A stretch of 64,000 nt of DNA from positions 9,982,001 to 10,046,000 of the forward strand of contig JBHGNT010000017.1 of the NCBI GenBank assembly GCA_043228905.1. The letters are read 5' to 3'. Position 1 is the first letter of the stretch. The number at the start of each line of letters is the position of its first letter. A program made the position numbers and the translations under genes. This document shows, in pieces, positions 62,026 to 64,000 of the stretch. The stretch is from Azolla caroliniana. Taxonomy: Eukaryota; Plantae; Polypodiophyta. Under the pieces are notes generated by a model that saw only the letters and a list, made by a program, of their open reading frames with translations, had not been told where the DNA came from and did not search any database.

Positions 62026-62644
62026 GGTACACATATGTGCTACAATTTACATGTTTATTGTCTTATAATACTACATTGGGCATAAAAATCAAAGATTTTT
62101 AGCTTTAGGTTTTAGATGTTATTTTGGAAAATTTAAGCCAAATGCCCCCTAGTATTAGGCATACAAATAGCCTTATGAAGTCTTTCTACAACTATCAGGG
62201 CCCATTTCTTGAGTTTCCCTATTTTATTATGTGATTAGGTCTGCAGATCCTAAGGATGAGCACCCTAAGAAGATGATTCAACTAAAATTTCAAAGCTCTC
62301 CGATAGAAACCTCTAAAGTCCCCCCTCTCACGTTCACGCAGAAAGGGAATAAATTATTATTTGAAGATGACTTTGTTAGGCAACCATTTGACAAAGTGAG
62401 TCAGGAGAAGAGGGTGGCTCCTCATGGGGGTGAAACTCTGATTGATAGAGACATCATTGAACACGAGTGGGCCATGCAGTATGTTGACTCAAGTAAGAAG
62501 GTTGTACTCATAATGTCTCATAACAAAGGTCAAGGGGAGCTAGCCAAGGACCGACCCTTTGGTTATGGCTAAATATTGAGATTGGACTATGAAGACGCGG
62601 ACTCCAAAACCCTAGTGGTTCTAGTTTAATGCTCGAAGGGAGTT

Positions 62645-64000
62645 TGTTGGCCGGTCAAAAGAGCAAGGACAAGTGGGAAGGCGGATCGGATAATAGGAAG
62701 TAATAGTAGAATTATTATTCGGAGGGACGGATTCGGTACAGTTGTACCGATCCGGATCCGAACTGATTCGGATGTCCGTTGCCTAAGCGCACCGATTGTA
62801 ACCTTGCCGGATGCCTATAAAAGGATCCGATGATTTGTAAAGTGTTTTGACGGAAGTAATACAATAGTAATTATTGTGTATTTATCTGTATCTCGTATTG
62901 TTTGCCGTCCGTGCTTAATTGTAATTATCTTATGCGTGTAACCTAGCATCCAATCCTTACCACCCCTTTGGAGAAGTGTCGGGTAGACACCTGTGTTGAG
63001 GCTAGTTCGGCCAGACAGACAACACTATTTTGGCGACCACGATTCCTGCAAAGTGCAGAGGACAACCGGGGGATGGATATCTAGACCAAACGACGACCAC
63101 ATCACCGAATGAGGGAGACGATACACCGAACGCGAGCAACGACGGGAAGCCCTGCAGCAAGCCGTCGACGAGATCCGGCGGGATCGGTCATTCTCCAAAA
63201 CTCTTCGGAGAGTCGCAGAAGAAGCACTACAGTTCCGGGTTCTGCAAATCCCCGACGAAGGCAGTAGCATAACAAGCCTGCAAGAGGCGGAAACGATACT
63301 GCAGACGCTCGCCGCGGGCGACGGGGACTCGGAAGCATTCGCAACACTTGAGGCGGAGTCGGAAAGCGACGGAAGCGTTGTATCCCGGTATAAAAGCAGC
63401 CACGACACACCAAACGACCGGGAGGACGAGGGGTCGGAAGACTCAGTAACACCGGCGCCAGAGGAAGAAATAACCCTGGAATTCGGTGACCAGCAACCGC
63501 CGAGGAAGGCTGACCGGATACCGACAACAACCGCGAGGGAACCGAAGGAGTGGATACCGACAACAACCGCGGAGGAACCAACGGACCGGACACCGGCAAC
63601 ACCCGCGGAGGAACCAAAGGTTCTCACACCAACGCCAACAGCGGACAGAGAACGGAGGGAACAGGAGAGTCAGTTGGACGACACGATGCCGTACCCATAC
63701 CCAAAGTACCGGGATGAGGCCGACGCGGAGGCACACGTGTACGCATTCCTCCAAACATGGGAAGCCAACCATATCTCCCAAAGACTGACGGAGCCCGAAG
63801 CCGAACGATCCAAAATCGCCGAATTCGGCATAACCTTAGAAGGACCGGCGGCCCAATGGCACGCAAAGCACTTACCAGGCACCTTTGCCACATTCGATGC
63901 CTTGAAGGCCAGATTCCTCAGGTTTTTTCACAGACAATTTGAGCAAAGGGAATTGGTCGGGCAGTTCTACACCACCCGGCAGGAAGAGAACGAGACTATG
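62645..64000 (+). mobile_element. Gypsy 5' end: LTR 62645-63024, tRNA-Arg-type PBS, gag running off the window
   Basis: tgtt..aaca; TATAAAA at ~62816; PBS tggcgaccac at 63031-63040; gag YPKYRDEADAEAHVYAFLQTW..LEGPAAQWH..FDALKARFLRFF. Confidence 0.85.

Noticed and set aside
62231-62644. 113-aa ORF and PPT-like gaagggagtt before the last LTR, suggesting a tandem element
   Set aside because: No recognisable domain, and the purine run is short enough to be chance.

Overview
Eukaryotic, TE-dense land-plant DNA; a fern or other non-seed plant is inferred from the TE lineages, not proven. The only intact host gene is an intronless MYC2-like bHLH factor (22508-24502, +). Left of it is a four-layer nest: a LINE ORF1 interrupted by a Tcn1-like chromovirus, then a Copia, then a non-autonomous LTR element. 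Right of it are a truncated non-chromo Gypsy with a long accessory ORF region, a stack of nested Copia elements from two families, a Sola1-like DNA transposase split by a solo LTR, a 41-bp-period palindrome/spacer array, and the 5' end of another Gypsy. The most unusual signals are: a tRNA-Arg 3'-end copy where a Gypsy PPT should be (29211-29227); antisense tRNA-like A/B-box modules in the U3 of three LTR types; a Tf1-type self-priming PBS; and the palindrome/18-bp-spacer array (61505-62025). All calls were read by eye with no database searches, and tRNA sequences were recalled from memory.
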